Origin: a virus | Reading direction: 5' to 3' (one strand) | IMG/VR virus record: IMGVR_UViG_3300004369_000009 | Coordinates: 1-64,000 of that record | DNA: 64,000 nucleotides | Shown here: positions 18,141-27,800 of the stretch, one piece after another | Layout of the letters: the number at the start of each line of letters is the position of its first letter | Position numbering within the stretch: the first letter of the stretch is position 1 | Translations under genes and position numbers: made by a program | Notes under the pieces: generated by a model | Database searches by the model: none | Told to the model about the DNA's origin: nothing | The model's input: only the letters and a program-made list of their open reading frames with translations

Positions 18141-18937
18141 TACTTTCGCAAGATTTTATTGGTCTTCAGTTGACGTTTAGTGACGTTAACGTTTTCCTGA
18201 AATTCATTATAAGCCGTAAATTGAAACTCGTTTTCTAAAACAAAATCTTCTGGAGTAGCAACATCAATGGATACATCCAAGTTTTCTAGGAGTTTGCGGG
18301 AAATAGGAACGTAGCAAGCAAGAGGAGTTCCTGCCTTAACTACTTCATCACCTTCCTTCACGTGCCACCAGAGTTGGACATTGACTTCATAAGCCGAGCG
18401 TGGATCAAGGATACCAGAAATAGCGCTGAATCTAGATTCATTTACAAACGGGACCTTAGTCTGAAGGAACACAATGTCATCATCTGCTTGTACTCTCCAA
18501 CACGTATTGACTTTGATGACTTGATCAATAACGTTATCTTTAGAAGAGTCCATCAACCACTTGGCGGTATCACTATCGTGGAGGACCACATAGTCAGAAC
18601 CAGGAGGACTGAACGGAGTGGTAGTGAAAAGAATAGTATGCCCATCCCCATTGGTGTGGACCTTGAAGTCAGCTGGAGCACGAACAACGTACCCAGTCCG
18701 CATCACCGAGTTAATTGCTGGACATTTACCAATACTATGGGGTTGATTAAATGGGATGGCATTCATGATGTTAGCCATAGGGCATTTGGTTTGCCGTTCC
18801 CTATAGTCTTCCTTCTCATTCTTAATCCAATCCCGATCCAGTTCTTCAGATCTAATCACAGGGTACAGAGTATGCGCCCCAGGAATCAGACTAAAAAATC
18901 TAGCACGCGGTTTTTTGGGTTTCTTCATCAACCCCAT
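18131..18937 (-). CDS. Conserved beta-rich hypothetical protein of phage oxygenase clusters
   Basis: SIGKCPAI...GYVVRAPAD...ISGILD...VKAGTPLACYVP; start uncertain (18937 or 18928; the ORF track starts at 18982). Confidence 0.7.
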   Translation of the reverse strand: MGLMKKPKKPRARFFSLIPGAHTLYPVIRSEELDRDWIKNEKEDYRERQTKCPMANIMNAIPFNQPHSIGKCPAINSVMRTGYVVRAPADFKVHTNGDGHTILFTTTPFSPPGSDYVVLHDSDTAKWLMDSSKDNVIDQVIKVNTCWRVQADDDIVFLQTKVPFVNESRFSAISGILDPRSAYEVNVQLWWHVKEGDEVVKAGTPLACYVPISRKLLENLDVSIDVATPEDFVLENEFQFTAYNEFQENVNVTKRQLKTNKILRKYWK

Positions 18938-20462
18938 AAATGTTTTTAACAAGGTAATCATAATGATTTGGGAGTTTAGCAACGTGCCTTTCTAGACTGG
19001 TCTTATACTTTTCAAACTGTCTAACAGCAGATTCTATTTCTGCTTGTGGATACTCGTTACGATTTCTAGTATAGATACTATCGGTCTGAGTCAAAGGATG
19101 GTATCCAAGACCAGCAGCAATATAAACCAATCCTCCAAGGTCTTTCGGAGCATTTGCGATATTGAAATTATGTATGAACTCTTGATAGAGTCTAGGTGAC
19201 CTTACCACTTTATCATACATCTCTTCATATGTCAGTGGACTACGCTCAGTATAATATCTCCAGTAAGGAGTATCGTCTCTGGGTGACAGATAATAATGCA
19301 TGTAGACGAACTCTTTCATTGCTTCGAGTTCGTATGACACAGCATGGTTATATCCATCAATGTCAATCTGAGTGATCTTACCGTTCCTTCTTTCAAAGGT
19401 ATCAACCAATCGAAGAATGTTCTCGTGTGTAGTGAAGAGACCTGTGGATTCTAGTGGCTCTAGGAAACCATAGGATAGTCCAATACCAATAACATTCTTA
19501 TACCACCCAAACTTGTGCTTACCGTGGCGGAACTTGATGTGTTTGACTTCTCCATCCCACTTGACATGATCACGGAACTCCTTCTCTGCCTGTTCTTGGG
19601 AACAGAACTTAGAGGAATAAACATAGCCAGTTCCGATACGATCCCAGGTAGGAATAGTCCATACCCATCCATTACCTAAAGCATAACCATCGGTCGTGTT
19701 AATCATCTGCTCCCTACGATTAGTGTAGGGAATACGTGCTGCGACAGCAGAGTCATTAGGGAGATCATCTTCAAAAGAGATATAGGGAACTCCCATATAT
19801 CCCTCTAGGATTGCTGACTTAAACCCAGTACAGTCAATAAAATAATCGGCATGATACTGATACCCCTCGTCATCGAGCAGGTACACAATCTCACCCTTAT
19901 CATTAAGTGAGGCACCACTGATGTCAGCATAATGGTGAGTCACATTCAGACAAAGGTTCTTACGCAACCATTGCCCAAACTGATCGGCATCAAAGTGGTA
20001 AGCCGCAATCCACTTTTTACTGTAGTTCGGGAAGTATGGATCGTCATCGCACATCTTATTGGCAGCTGCCAGATATGAGACTGGATTATAGAACTCAGAA
20101 AATGTTGTGTCTGGGAATTGTTCTGGGAAGAAGTTATGGATGTGATACCAATCTAGAAATCCACCACGAGAGTAATCAAAGTCACCAAAAGGATACTGGA
20201 AGACATCTCCCTCATTCTTCCAGTTGGTGAACTGAATTGATAATTTATACGTTGCCTTACAGGAAGGCATCCAGTCTTTATCCTCAATACCCAGACAATC
20301 TAAGTACCGATTAAAATGCCCTAGGGTAGATTCACCTACACCCAAAGGCTTAGAGTGTTGGCTTTCGACTAGAGTGATATCCCACTGGGGAAACTTTTTA
20401 GATAAAGCGGCAGCAGTCATCCATCCTGAACTGCCACCGCCAACAATACAAATCTTACGCAT
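18900..20462 (-). CDS. Flavin-dependent (tryptophan-halogenase family) halogenase B, 520 aa
   Basis: True start MRKICIVGGGSSG at 20462 (8-nt overlap with the upstream stop); GVGEST; catalytic-Lys region KATYKLSI; WVWTIP; FLEPLESTG. Confidence 0.93.
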   Translation of the reverse strand: MRKICIVGGGSSGWMTAAALSKKFPQWDITLVESQHSKPLGVGESTLGHFNRYLDCLGIEDKDWMPSCKATYKLSIQFTNWKNEGDVFQYPFGDFDYSRGGFLDWYHIHNFFPEQFPDTTFSEFYNPVSYLAAANKMCDDDPYFPNYSKKWIAAYHFDADQFGQWLRKNLCLNVTHHYADISGASLNDKGEIVYLLDDEGYQYHADYFIDCTGFKSAILEGYMGVPYISFEDDLPNDSAVAARIPYTNRREQMINTTDGYALGNGWVWTIPTWDRIGTGYVYSSKFCSQEQAEKEFRDHVKWDGEVKHIKFRHGKHKFGWYKNVIGIGLSYGFLEPLESTGLFTTHENILRLVDTFERRNGKITQIDIDGYNHAVSYELEAMKEFVYMHYYLSPRDDTPYWRYYTERSPLTYEEMYDKVVRSPRLYQEFIHNFNIANAPKDLGGLVYIAAGLGYHPLTQTDSIYTRNRNEYPQAEIESAVRQFEKYKTSLERHVAKLPNHYDYLVKNIYGVDEETQKTAC

Positions 20463-22023
20463 GAATATAGTGAGGAACATCAACACCAGACACACGTTCA
20501 TAATAGAACTCTTCTGGTGTGGGGAATTCATCGATCTCCCGCACCGTATCGGGGTGGAGCTCGTACCCAGATTCTAGCGTCCTCCACTGGCTTAAGTCAA
20601 GGCTATGCCGCCTTTCCATGTAGTCAGCGTGCCATGAAGTCACTGGATGCTGGTTGAATCCAGCAGCAAGATATGCGTTACCTTCAAGATTATTCATATT
20701 CCAGATGTTCATGTCATGCATATCTAGGAAGATCTGTTTCTGAGGATACACTCGATACTCATCTTGAACGTGAGCACTGAGATAATCAATATCCTGAGTG
20801 ATGTACTTCCAGTAGGGAGTATCTTCCCTGGTGGATAGCATGAAGTGATTGCCCACAAAGTAAGCAAAGTTCTGGAAGTTCTGACGGCAACGACGATTGA
20901 ACTGATCCTTGAGTAGCGTGTTCACCTTGCCATCATGTGCTGACAAAGCATCACACAAATACATGGCGAAGTTGTGAGCACTCATGAGTCCATTGGATTC
21001 GAGTGGCTCAATAAAACCAGCAGAGAGTCCAATGCCAACAACGTTCTTGTTCCAGATCTTCTTGGAGACGCCGTTCTTCCATTCAATCAAACGGAAGTCA
21101 CTGATCTGACGATCCTCAAATCCCTCGCCCAGGTGCGCCTTGAACTCCTCCAGAGCATCCTCATCCGAGATGAACTTGCTGCTGAAGTTATATCCAGTAC
21201 CGTAGCGAGTGCTGAGAGGAACATGCCAGACCCAGCCATTACCCAGTGCGGTACACAGAGTATGGTTGAGCATCTCTGTCTTCTTGTCCTTATACTTCAG
21301 GCGAACTGCCCAGGCACGATCATTGATCAGGAATGGGAATTCATCCCACTCAGTACCCAGGGTCTCACCCAAAAGCAGAGACTTAAAGCCAGTACAGTCA
21401 ATAAACAAATCAGCGCTGTAGAAAGTATCACCAACATAGACTCGCTTGATACCAGTCTCGTCGTGATCAATCTCAGTGACAGTGCCCTGTACATGCTTGA
21501 CGCCACGGGGAACACAGAACTCACGACGCAGATACTCAGCAAACTTCTGAGCATCCATATGATACCCAGCATTGTCTAGATAGCTGAAGTAATCAACGTC
21601 CCGAGGAACGACCTTGTTATCTTCGATGATCTTCCAATAAGGAACCATCCACTCGCAGAAGGACTTATCTGGATTACCGTTAGTAGCACGGTAATGAAGG
21701 AACCAGTCCAGAAGTCCAACCTTTGCGTTGGGTGGCTCTTTACCAGGAAAGAATGGGTAGTGGAAATCACCGTACTCGCTGAAGTTCTTAAACTTCACAC
21801 TGTACTTATAGGTGGCTTCGCACTCATCCATCCAGACATCAGAGAGACACATCTCTCTAGTCCAGTCCCTAAAAAATTGGGTAGTCGATTCTCCGACACC
21901 AATCGTAGGAATGTCTGGTGACTCGATTAGAGTAATTTGCTTTTCAGGAAAAAATCTAATCAAAGAAGCAGCGGCAATCCATCCAGCGGTGCCGCCGCCA
22001 ACAATACAAATTTTATCAATCAT
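20455..22023 (-). CDS. Flavin-dependent (tryptophan-halogenase family) halogenase A, 522 aa
   Basis: IVGGGTAGW; GVGEST; EATYKYSV (PrnA K79 equivalent); WVWHVP; FIEPLESNG. Confidence 0.93.
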   Translation of the reverse strand: MIDKICIVGGGTAGWIAAASLIRFFPEKQITLIESPDIPTIGVGESTTQFFRDWTREMCLSDVWMDECEATYKYSVKFKNFSEYGDFHYPFFPGKEPPNAKVGLLDWFLHYRATNGNPDKSFCEWMVPYWKIIEDNKVVPRDVDYFSYLDNAGYHMDAQKFAEYLRREFCVPRGVKHVQGTVTEIDHDETGIKRVYVGDTFYSADLFIDCTGFKSLLLGETLGTEWDEFPFLINDRAWAVRLKYKDKKTEMLNHTLCTALGNGWVWHVPLSTRYGTGYNFSSKFISDEDALEEFKAHLGEGFEDRQISDFRLIEWKNGVSKKIWNKNVVGIGLSAGFIEPLESNGLMSAHNFAMYLCDALSAHDGKVNTLLKDQFNRRCRQNFQNFAYFVGNHFMLSTREDTPYWKYITQDIDYLSAHVQDEYRVYPQKQIFLDMHDMNIWNMNNLEGNAYLAAGFNQHPVTSWHADYMERRHSLDLSQWRTLESGYELHPDTVREIDEFPTPEEFYYERVSGVDVPHYIHA

Positions 22024-22040
22024 AATCTAGATGGATATCC

Positions 22041-22556
22041 TCAGGAGATTCTAACAGGTCTACCAGTTACGGGATCAGGACCCCAGCCCTCTTCGTAAAC
22101 TGTCCCATTCCTAAAGGTTGTGACCTTTTGACGCTTTTCTGCGGGAAGAGATTCCCAAGCAGGAGCATCCTCGGTACCCATCTCAAACTCTCTCTTATCA
22201 GCGTAGAAAGTAGGATTAGCATCAGCAATAGACTGAGTGGGTTCTGCTGATTTGATCGAGGCAATATGATCTTTCCAGGTGGTCGTTCCGTTGACCTGAT
22301 CCCAGTACATCATATCCAGCTGCTCTTCGATAGAGCCATATGCGACCTTACGCTTCATATCCTGGTTACGTTCCAGGCGAAGATCTCCAGAGAAAAACTC
22401 TCCGTTATAAAGGACCCAAGTATTATCCACATTGTCATCATCACAAATGACCCAGCGGATATGAGAATCGGGACCTTGATATACTTCAAATTCATCACCA
22501 ACATCTCTGATGTCAGTAATAAATCCTCTGTAATCTACAAGACAACTTTTAGCCAT
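22041..22556 (-). CDS. Probable tail-fibre assembly/chaperone-like protein (171 aa)
   Basis: EFEV...IRWVICDDDNVDNTWVLYNGEF plus RKVAYGSIEEQLDMMYWD..NGTTTWKDHI, a motif I recognise downstream of fibre/adhesin genes in marine phages. Confidence 0.6.
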   Translation of the reverse strand: MAKSCLVDYRGFITDIRDVGDEFEVYQGPDSHIRWVICDDDNVDNTWVLYNGEFFSGDLRLERNQDMKRKVAYGSIEEQLDMMYWDQVNGTTTWKDHIASIKSAEPTQSIADANPTFYADKREFEMGTEDAPAWESLPAEKRQKVTTFRNGTVYEEGWGPDPVTGRPVRIS

Positions 22557-22579
22557 TTTACTTTAGATTCCTTGGTAAC

Positions 22580-22587
22580 TATTTAGA
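22580..22587 (-). promoter_or_regulatory. Putative late promoter (TCTAAATA) for the chaperone-halogenase-oxygenase operon
   Basis: In the 32-nt intergenic gap, about 24 nt upstream of ATG 22556. Confidence 0.6.
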
Positions 22588-22588
22588 G

Positions 22589-23344
22589 TTAAATGAATTC
22601 CATAACAACAACACATCCCTTCATGCCATTGGCACCTTGATAAGAACGCTGATAACCAGATGTTCCACCCGCACCATAAGCAGCACGTAGTTGGTTAGAT
22701 CGAGTACCTTGTACCCAGTTACCATGAGCACTCATAGTACCGCAACCAAAGAAAGAGCTGCCACCATGACCCATGTAGTTCATGTGACCAATTCCACCAC
22801 CACCATAAATGTTTAGATTGCCACCAGAGCCCAAACCACCAAGACCACCGCAGTGTTGGAAAGACTGGTTAGCACCGAGACCCCCCGACGCAGAAAGGTA
22901 GTTTCCGAACGAGGATGACTGACCGCCTCCACCATTACCAGAATAATAAGTGCCGCTCTGAGAGCCATTGCCCACAGTAATAGTAACAGACGAGATTCCA
23001 CGGACATCGATTACCTCTTCGGAATAGCCGCCTGCGCCGCCCGATTCAGAATGACCTGATCCGCCACCGCCAGCACCTACGACACGAACCAAGACACGGT
23101 TGATGCCTGCTGGTTTAGTCCAAGTAGCACTATTATAAAAAGTCTGAATACTAGCGGGACCGATATTTTTATACGACGCAGAAGTTCCGTCACTGACAAG
23201 AAACTTACCAGCATTACCTTCTGGTGGGGGTGGAATAGAGTTCTTGTTCAGAGTAGTTCCACCGAGGGACAGGTTGTATCCATCGGGGATAAGAATAGTA
23301 GTTCCCGACGCAGCGTCGAGTTCATTGATACGAATATTAGACAT
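22589..23344 (-). CDS. Glycine-rich adhesin/tail-tip protein, paralog 3
   Basis: TWTKPAG.NRVLVRVVGAGGGG...GGAGGY...SSSFGNYLSASGG...GxxGCVVVMEF: polyglycine-type domain. Confidence 0.85.
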   Translation of the reverse strand: MSNIRINELDAASGTTILIPDGYNLSLGGTTLNKNSIPPPPEGNAGKFLVSDGTSASYKNIGPASIQTFYNSATWTKPAGINRVLVRVVGAGGGGSGHSESGGAGGYSEEVIDVRGISSVTITVGNGSQSGTYYSGNGGGGQSSSFGNYLSASGGLGANQSFQHCGGLGGLGSGGNLNIYGGGGIGHMNYMGHGGSSFFGCGTMSAHGNWVQGTRSNQLRAAYGAGGTSGYQRSYQGANGMKGCVVVMEFI

Positions 23345-23347
23345 TGT

Positions 23348-24109
23348 TTATGCGAAGTTCCAAACTACTACAATACCTGCCATACCTCTAGCACCACGAG
23401 TAGAAGTGTGATAGCCAGGAGAACCACCACTACCAGGGGCAGCTCTGTATTGGTGGTTGTAAGCATAGTGACCGCCACGAGGGTGACCAGTAGCACCAGC
23501 TCCGCCCCAGAAAGATCCACCGCCAGGATATCCAGCCCAATACTCGTGACCAGATCCACCACCACCATAGATGTTAAGTTGACCACCTGAGCCTACGCCA
23601 GGAAGTCCTCCACAGTGCTGGAAGTTACGGTTGGCACCGTTACCACCAGAGGCAGACAGATAGTTACCGAAAGAAGTAGTACCGCCATTAGCAGCACCAC
23701 TAGAGTAGAAAGTACCACCCCAAGATCCAGGTTGCCCAACGGTAATAGAAACAGAAGAGATGCCAGTAACGTCGATAATTTCTTCGGCGTATCCACCAGC
23801 ACCACCTGCTTCACCCACACCTGAACCAGCACCGCCAGCACCAGAAAGTCTAACGAGAATTCTCTTTACGCCAGAAGGTCTACTCCAAGTTCCGTTGGAT
23901 GTCCATACCTGCATCGATACGGCACCATGTTCAGTCCATGATCTAGTAGACCCGTCACTGGTCAAGATTTTACCATTTTGACCAGCTGGAGAAGGCATGA
24001 CACTAGAAGCATCCAGTGTCTTAGTACCCAGTCGAAGACTATAACCACTTTCAATGGTTACATTACTGCCCGACTGGGCTCTCAATTCATTGACCTTAAG
24101 AATAGACAT
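23348..24109 (-). CDS. Glycine-rich adhesin/tail-tip protein, paralog 2
   Basis: Same architecture; N-terminus MSILKVNEL. Confidence 0.85.
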   Translation of the reverse strand: MSILKVNELRAQSGSNVTIESGYSLRLGTKTLDASSVMPSPAGQNGKILTSDGSTRSWTEHGAVSMQVWTSNGTWSRPSGVKRILVRLSGAGGAGSGVGEAGGAGGYAEEIIDVTGISSVSITVGQPGSWGGTFYSSGAANGGTTSFGNYLSASGGNGANRNFQHCGGLPGVGSGGQLNIYGGGGSGHEYWAGYPGGGSFWGGAGATGHPRGGHYAYNHQYRAAPGSGGSPGYHTSTRGARGMAGIVVVWNFA

Positions 24110-24112
24110 TGT

Positions 24113-24865
24113 TTACTTAAATTCCCAGATTACTACCATACCGTGTTTACCATCTGGTCCGAGGTAGGAACGGAACCAGCCATTAGCGCCACCCGATCCA
24201 GGAGCACATCTGTCTTGGTGGTTTCTCGAATAGTCTCCACCACGGGGATGTCCTCTGGCAGCGCAACCACCAAAGAAGGAATAACCACCTGCTCCGTTGT
24301 ATCTACCATGAGCAGATCCACCACCGCCGTACATATTGATATCACCACCAGCACCAATGCCACCCAGTCCACCAGCATGTTGGAATGACTGGTTAGCACC
24401 ATCGCCACCAGTAGCAGAACAAAATGAACCAAAAGAAGTAGAACCGCCCTGGCTAGATCTGCCAGAGTAATAAGTCCCCGCACCACCCTGTCCAACGACA
24501 ACGGATACAGTATTTACTCCAGACACATCACAAACTCTTTCGGCGTATCCACCAGCACCACCAGATTCAGCATGACCTGAACCACCGCCACCGCCACCTA
24601 CAAGTCTAACAAGGACCGTATTTACGCCAGCGCTTTTAGTGTAGGTACCAGAACTCTGGAAAACTTGAATACTTTGAGCACCGTAAGTGTCATATGTCAC
24701 GGACGATCCATCACTACCAACTGCTCTGTTTGCCTGCCCAGAAGCACTGGGCAGGACAGAGTTCTCATCAATCTTGGCTCCACCAAGAGAGAGGGAAGTA
24801 GTAGCAGGGATTGTAATGGTAGATCCGCTATAAGAGCGGATGTTATTTACGTATAACCTACTCAT
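24113..24865 (-). CDS. Glycine-rich adhesin/tail-tip protein, paralog 1
   Basis: Same architecture; N-terminus MSRLYVNNI. Confidence 0.85.
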   Translation of the reverse strand: MSRLYVNNIRSYSGSTITIPATTSLSLGGAKIDENSVLPSASGQANRAVGSDGSSVTYDTYGAQSIQVFQSSGTYTKSAGVNTVLVRLVGGGGGGSGHAESGGAGGYAERVCDVSGVNTVSVVVGQGGAGTYYSGRSSQGGSTSFGSFCSATGGDGANQSFQHAGGLGGIGAGGDINMYGGGGSAHGRYNGAGGYSFFGGCAARGHPRGGDYSRNHQDRCAPGSGGANGWFRSYLGPDGKHGMVVIWEFK

Positions 24866-24873
24866 AGATTTAC

Positions 24874-27800
24874 TTAGAGAATTACCCAGGCACCGCCTGA
24901 GGCGACTTGAATGGTCACGCCACTATTTATAGTGATAGGACCAAAGGATCCACAGGAGTCACCGTTGTTAATGGTGATGCTCTCACCAATGTTGTTACGG
25001 TTTCTCTTGATGATACCATAGGAGTCAAGATACTGCTTGTCTCCACCTGCTCTGAGAACAGTAGACTTTTGACCACTGGAGAGTGCTTCAGAAGCGTTAA
25101 TGTTCAGTCCATTATCGCCAGTGACCTGAACTCTGTAACTAGACTGAATACTATCGCTACCTGGCTCGTGGAAGTGGCATCTACCACCTTCATCCCAAGA
25201 AGCAAAGGTCTGGTCACTATCATTTCTGAAGAAGAAGTCATTACCAGTTCTGATGTATGTATGAGAGTTATTGGAGAAGTAGAATCTAGGTTGACCACCA
25301 GCATCATTGATCCAGGTATTGACTTGGCTAGACAGGTAAGGCAGGTTGTTTGCCTGATAACCATCCAGCAGGTCAGCGTTCAGGTTAGAACATACTGTAG
25401 TGGAATCTACGTTGAAAGGAGAAGTACCAGTAGCAATGCGGGAACGAATCTGACCGAAGAAGTGAACGGTAGAATCGTTATAGCGGTACTTCATGACACG
25501 AGTGTCAGTACCATTATCTCTTCTGTAGAAGGTGATGTCGTCACCAGCCTCAGAACCGAACGAGGCAGGAGAGTTGTCACCGTTGTAGGCAATACCACCG
25601 CCATAAACGCTGTCCTGACCAACGTACAGGTAACCAGTACCTTGGCTGTTGCCGTATGCTTCAAAACCTGCCTGGTTGCTATCGCCTGCGAGTGCGCGGA
25701 CGAAGGTGTTAGCAGATCTACTTGTAGTACCAAAGACAGCATTACCAGTAGAAGTCAGACTTTGAGCTGGGTTGCTATCGCCAATACCAATTCTATCATT
25801 ACGGAAGTAGATTGTACCGTAGGACAGGTGAGTTCCATTGAATCCAAGGCTCTTACCATCACTACCAAACTGGACGTAACCAGAGTTGGTGTCCTGTCTA
25901 CCTCTGATGGACAGGTTGTTAGTGCCTGCCTTACCAAGGTTGATACCGTTGCCATCAGCAAGTTGAAGGATCGATTCACCAGTATTGGCGAAGATACCCT
26001 GGTCAGCGGTGATGTCCGAAACAAAGATATTGCTGCTAGCGTCTCTACGAACCAGAGCATTGGCAGTGTTAGTAGCGCTCTGGATGTAACCATCAACATA
26101 GTGTGCGTCCAACTGAGAGGAAGCACCGTCATTGCCAGAGTGCCATACGGTGTTGCCGTTCAGGGTAAAGGAACTGGTCTTGAGTTCGAGAACACCTTGA
26201 CCGTCCTGTGCGGTACCGCCACTAACTTCAAATCTTACATCATAGTCAGCAGCCAGAGCGCCAGATCTAAAATCAATGGTTGGGGTGGCAACAACGTTAG
26301 TTCTACCGATCTCAAGCAAAGCACCGTTAGCGGTGTTGCTTATAGCGAACACTTGACTTGCGCCAGTGGTCAGCAAGTTGGAAGAAGTAACAGTCCACTT
26401 GGTACCAGGGTTAGGACCAAAGACCTTGATATCTTTATTACTAAAGGCACCAACAAAGTTAATTGTACCTTTGACTAACGTGTAGACAGATCCAGTAGTT
26501 GAATCATTTACTTCAGTGATACCATTAGCAAGAACGGTAATTGTACCGATGTTGTTAACAGCGGCTTCATCGGAGTAGATGGTATAGACTCCGTTGTTAG
26601 ACAAGTTACCAACGGGAGCAGTACCAGTAGAAGCGAAGTAGTCAGGGATATAAAGTTCATAAGTTTCACTGGAAGCAACCAGATAGAGGTTGTCAGCAAA
26701 ATACTTATTGCGACCCAGGAGTTCGGGCAGAGCAGTATCACCAATGACACCATTTGTTCTCTGATCATTAATGTTGTAACCAGACTGGAACCAGAGACCT
26801 TGCTTACCGTCAAGGTAATCAGCGTCTGGACCAGGGAGAGTGCCACGACGAGGATCGTTAGGATCAGGAGCACCATCATTCTCAGAATGCCAAACCTTCG
26901 CCCACTGACCGTAAACCGTACCAGTGTCAGAGTTGCCTCTAAGGTACAGGTTGTCGGTGGCAGAGAAAGCCACCTGAGCAACGGAGTTACCAGTGGCAGA
27001 TCTACGGAAGGTCATGATACCCGCTCTGGTACCACCCGCATCGGTAGGAATACCAGTTACGGAGTTAGATCTCAGAGCAAGCTGAGTACCTACGTTAGCA
27101 GCGCTAACCAGGGAAGCGTTAGCGGAGGATGGAGCAGTTGTCTCGCAGAACAGAGTGTTTGCGTAGTCTGCTGTACCAGAGATCGAGATGTTGTAGGTGG
27201 TGTTTGCCAGACGCTGAGGATCAAGGATACCCTCAACGAGGTTAGTGGCATTCTGATAGAAGGAACCTTCGTTACCATCCAGTTTGTCAGCGTTCAGTTT
27301 AGAACCAGGACCCTGGTCAATGGTAACTTCACCAGCAGTAGTGATAACGAAACCACCGAGGTCTTGGTTAGCCAGTGCTTGCTCAGAAGCGGGCTTACGG
27401 TACTTAGCGATACCATAGTTACCGAAGACAGAACCACCAGCCTGAAGGGTTGTTGGGGTAAGGTTGTTTGCCTTGAGAAGGTCAATCGAAGCATTACCGT
27501 AGTAACGAGAAAGTGTACCCTTAACAGCAGTCAAACTACCTGCTACAGCTGGCTGACCCAGTTCGCTAGGAACAGTCAGAGTAAAGTTTGAGTTATATCC
27601 AGTACCAGGAGTAACAACAGAAACACTGGAGATGGCACCGAATATTGTGCTAGAAGTCAGAGTAGATACAGTTAAGGTTACACCCTGCTGAACAGTACCA
27701 CCGAAGAGTGGACCATCAAATTCGAGAGTATCCCCACCACTGTAACCAGAACCACCATCCAGGATGATGTCAACCGCAATGTCACCGACGGAATCAGTAA

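Noticed and set aside
22024-22040. Adjacent palindromes TCTAGA and GGATATCC before halogenase A
   Set aside because: Too short to distinguish from chance; not seen recurring at other gene starts.
23440-24270. GHPRGG...NHQ in tip paralogs resembles the HPFGGGNHQH site of ribosomal protein uL2 hydroxylated by NO66
   Set aside because: Short, low-complexity similarity; spacing differs and the actual target His (second His of NHQH) is absent.
22589-24865. Diversity-generating retroelement or invertible cassette explaining the three adhesin paralogs
   Set aside because: No reverse transcriptase, invertase, inverted repeats or near-identical template/variable repeat pair seen; the paralogs are diverged throughout and each has its own start.
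24907-26478. 523-aa plus-strand ORF and many other long antisense ORFs (e.g. 41085-42203, 48934-50055, 29464-30417, 20974-21579)
   Set aside because: They lie wholly opposite well-supported genes, translate to Ser/Thr/Ile-rich sequence without motifs, and are expected from the codon bias of the sense genes.
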